Below, piece by piece: positions 62,665 through 64,000 of a stretch of 64,000 nucleotides of DNA. The DNA is taken from the NCBI GenBank assembly GCA_963812015.1, contig CAWETI010000002.1, positions 1,504,001 to 1,568,000 on the forward strand, written 5' to 3'. Made by a program: the position numbers and the translations under genes. Below the pieces are notes generated by a model, which worked only from the letters and a program-made list of their open reading frames with translations, ran no database searches and was not told where the DNA came from. Position 1 is the stretch's first letter; each line of letters opens with the position of its first letter. This stretch comes from an uncultured delta proteobacterium (GTDB lineage Bacteria; Desulfobacterota; Desulfobaccia; Desulfobaccales; 0-14-0-80-60-11).

Positions 62665-63288
62665 TTACCAAAGGTGGTGGCGCGCCAACTCCCGTTGCAT
62701 ATCCTGGGGAGAGCGAAACTGCCAGGCCGCCAGCCCCTGACCCCGGGCCGCTTCCACAAAGGATTCCTTATCATCCAAAAAGAGGATTTCCTGGGGGGGA
62801 CGCCCCACCCGCCGGATAAGGGACTGGTAAATGGCCGGCTCCGGCTTGCGGCTGCGCACCTGGTAGGACAGGACGAAGGCCCGGAAAGGCTCCAGGATGG
62901 CGGCAAAGCGCGCCTGGATATAATCGAAGTGCAGGGAATTGGTGTTGGACAGAAGATACAGGGGAAAGCGGGACGCCAGGTGCTGCACCAGCCCCGTCAT
63001 GCTGTCCATGGGATCGAAGATGTCGCACCAGAGGTCGCAGAATTCGGAGTAGGAGAGGGCGACCCCGAAGTGGACCATAACCCGCTCGTAGAACTCCCGG
63101 GAGGAGATGCGGCCGGTATCGTAGCCCGGTTCCAGGCTGGAGCCAAACACCTGGGCAAAGACCTCCTGGGGGCTCAAAGCGGCCAGGGCGGCCAGGCGCC
63201 GGCAGAAGCGCAGGTGATCCACCTTGACCAGGACGTTACCCAGGTCAAAGGTGATGGCGGTGATTTGCCGGGGGGCGGGTGAGTTCAT
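62665..63288 (-). CDS. HAD-superfamily phosphatase (YihX-like)
   Basis: FDLGNVL, LSNTN, RKPEPAIY, FLDD; start at ATG 63288. Confidence 0.9.
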   Translation of the reverse strand: MNSPAPRQITAITFDLGNVLVKVDHLRFCRRLAALAALSPQEVFAQVFGSSLEPGYDTGRISSREFYERVMVHFGVALSYSEFCDLWCDIFDPMDSMTGLVQHLASRFPLYLLSNTNSLHFDYIQARFAAILEPFRAFVLSYQVRSRKPEPAIYQSLIRRVGRPPQEILFLDDKESFVEAARGQGLAAWQFRSPQDMQRELARHHLW

Positions 63289-63529
63289 GGGCCGCTTGGT
63301 TCCTGGAGGTGCAGGCTTCCTGAATTCATGAGGTTTATTTAACCTGCTCCGTGCCCGGTGACAAGTCCCGGGGGACCACATTGTGATATAGTTGTCCCAG
63401 AAGGATCAGGCCGGACAGATGGCCTGACATCCCGCCGGGGGTGGATCCAGGGGGGTAGGGGCCGAGGTGATGGCCCCGGGTGGCGCCTGGAGGCCTTACC
63501 CGGCCAAATTCGCCAAACGGAGGTGCCGG

Positions 63530-63979
63530 ATGGCGCGCAATAAGGGCTGGACGTGGACGGTGATCATCAGTATGTTGGCGGGGGCCGTGGCTTCCAGTAT
63601 TTTTTGGCGGTATAGCCCCTATGGGCATGACCAGTTGGCCCAGCAGGTCGCCGAGGACTTGCAGGCCCAGCGGCTGCCGGCCACGGTGAAAGGCGCTGGC
63701 CTGCCCTGCCAGAAGCTGGCGACCCAGGCGATGGGACTCCGGTTCCAGATGGTGGCCGACAGCAAGCAGATCTTTTTGGTGGATCTAAAGAACGGCCGGG
63801 TATGGCGCTATTTCCACCAGACCAAGGCAGAGGGCTTCAGCCAAGAAGATGAAGGTTTTCTGCCCGTTGCCATGTTTTATGCCGGCCGGAAGCATTACGC
63901 GGCCTCGGAGATCGAGCCGCCCCCTGACCTACAGGCGAGTCCAGCCCCGGCTGCGCCCACGGGGAAGCCTTCCCAATGA
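63530..63979 (+). CDS. Hypothetical membrane-anchored protein
   Basis: GGAGG RBS before ATG 63530, N-terminal TM, beta-rich FLVDLKNGRVWRY. Confidence 0.75.
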   Translation: MARNKGWTWTVIISMLAGAVASSIFWRYSPYGHDQLAQQVAEDLQAQRLPATVKGAGLPCQKLATQAMGLRFQMVADSKQIFLVDLKNGRVWRYFHQTKAEGFSQEDEGFLPVAMFYAGRKHYAASEIEPPPDLQASPAPAAPTGKPSQ

Positions 63980-64000
63980 GCCGCGTGTGGCGGCAGGACT

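Overview
GC-rich core-chromosome window from an anaerobic deltaproteobacterium (Desulfobacterota; Desulfobacca/Syntrophobacter-like is an inference from gene content). 1-22.6 kb: 3' part of rpoC and a complete str-S10-spc-alpha ribosomal superoperon, in which rpsH carries a -1 frameshift in a G run and several spacers hold palindromic micro-repeats. 22.8-32.3 kb is an accessory block: NlpC/P60 hydrolase, Amidoligase_2-type (COOH-NH2) ligase plus a small Cys protein, a sigma70-driven minus-strand operon of two paralogous unknown proteins flanking an MBL-TPR hydrolase and a cryptic membrane ORF with an in-frame TGA, a large secreted repeat protein, and an MscS-cNMP channel. 32.9-38.6 kb: class V aminotransferase-serA-DUF1844-ispE-prs-pth. 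39-51 kb: a sigma54 activator with no sensor domain and an 11-subunit complex I (nuoABCDHIJKLMN, no nuoEFG). 51-64 kb: creatininase-family gene, small proteins, split transketolase, a tandem pair of S41 carboxyl-terminal proteases (one has lost all catalytic residues), der, gatCA, TolC and a HAD phosphatase. I saw no tRNA, rRNA, CRISPR array or transposase. Best leads: the pseudo-CtpA/CtpA pair, the paralog/MBL-TPR operon and the orphan amidoligase module.
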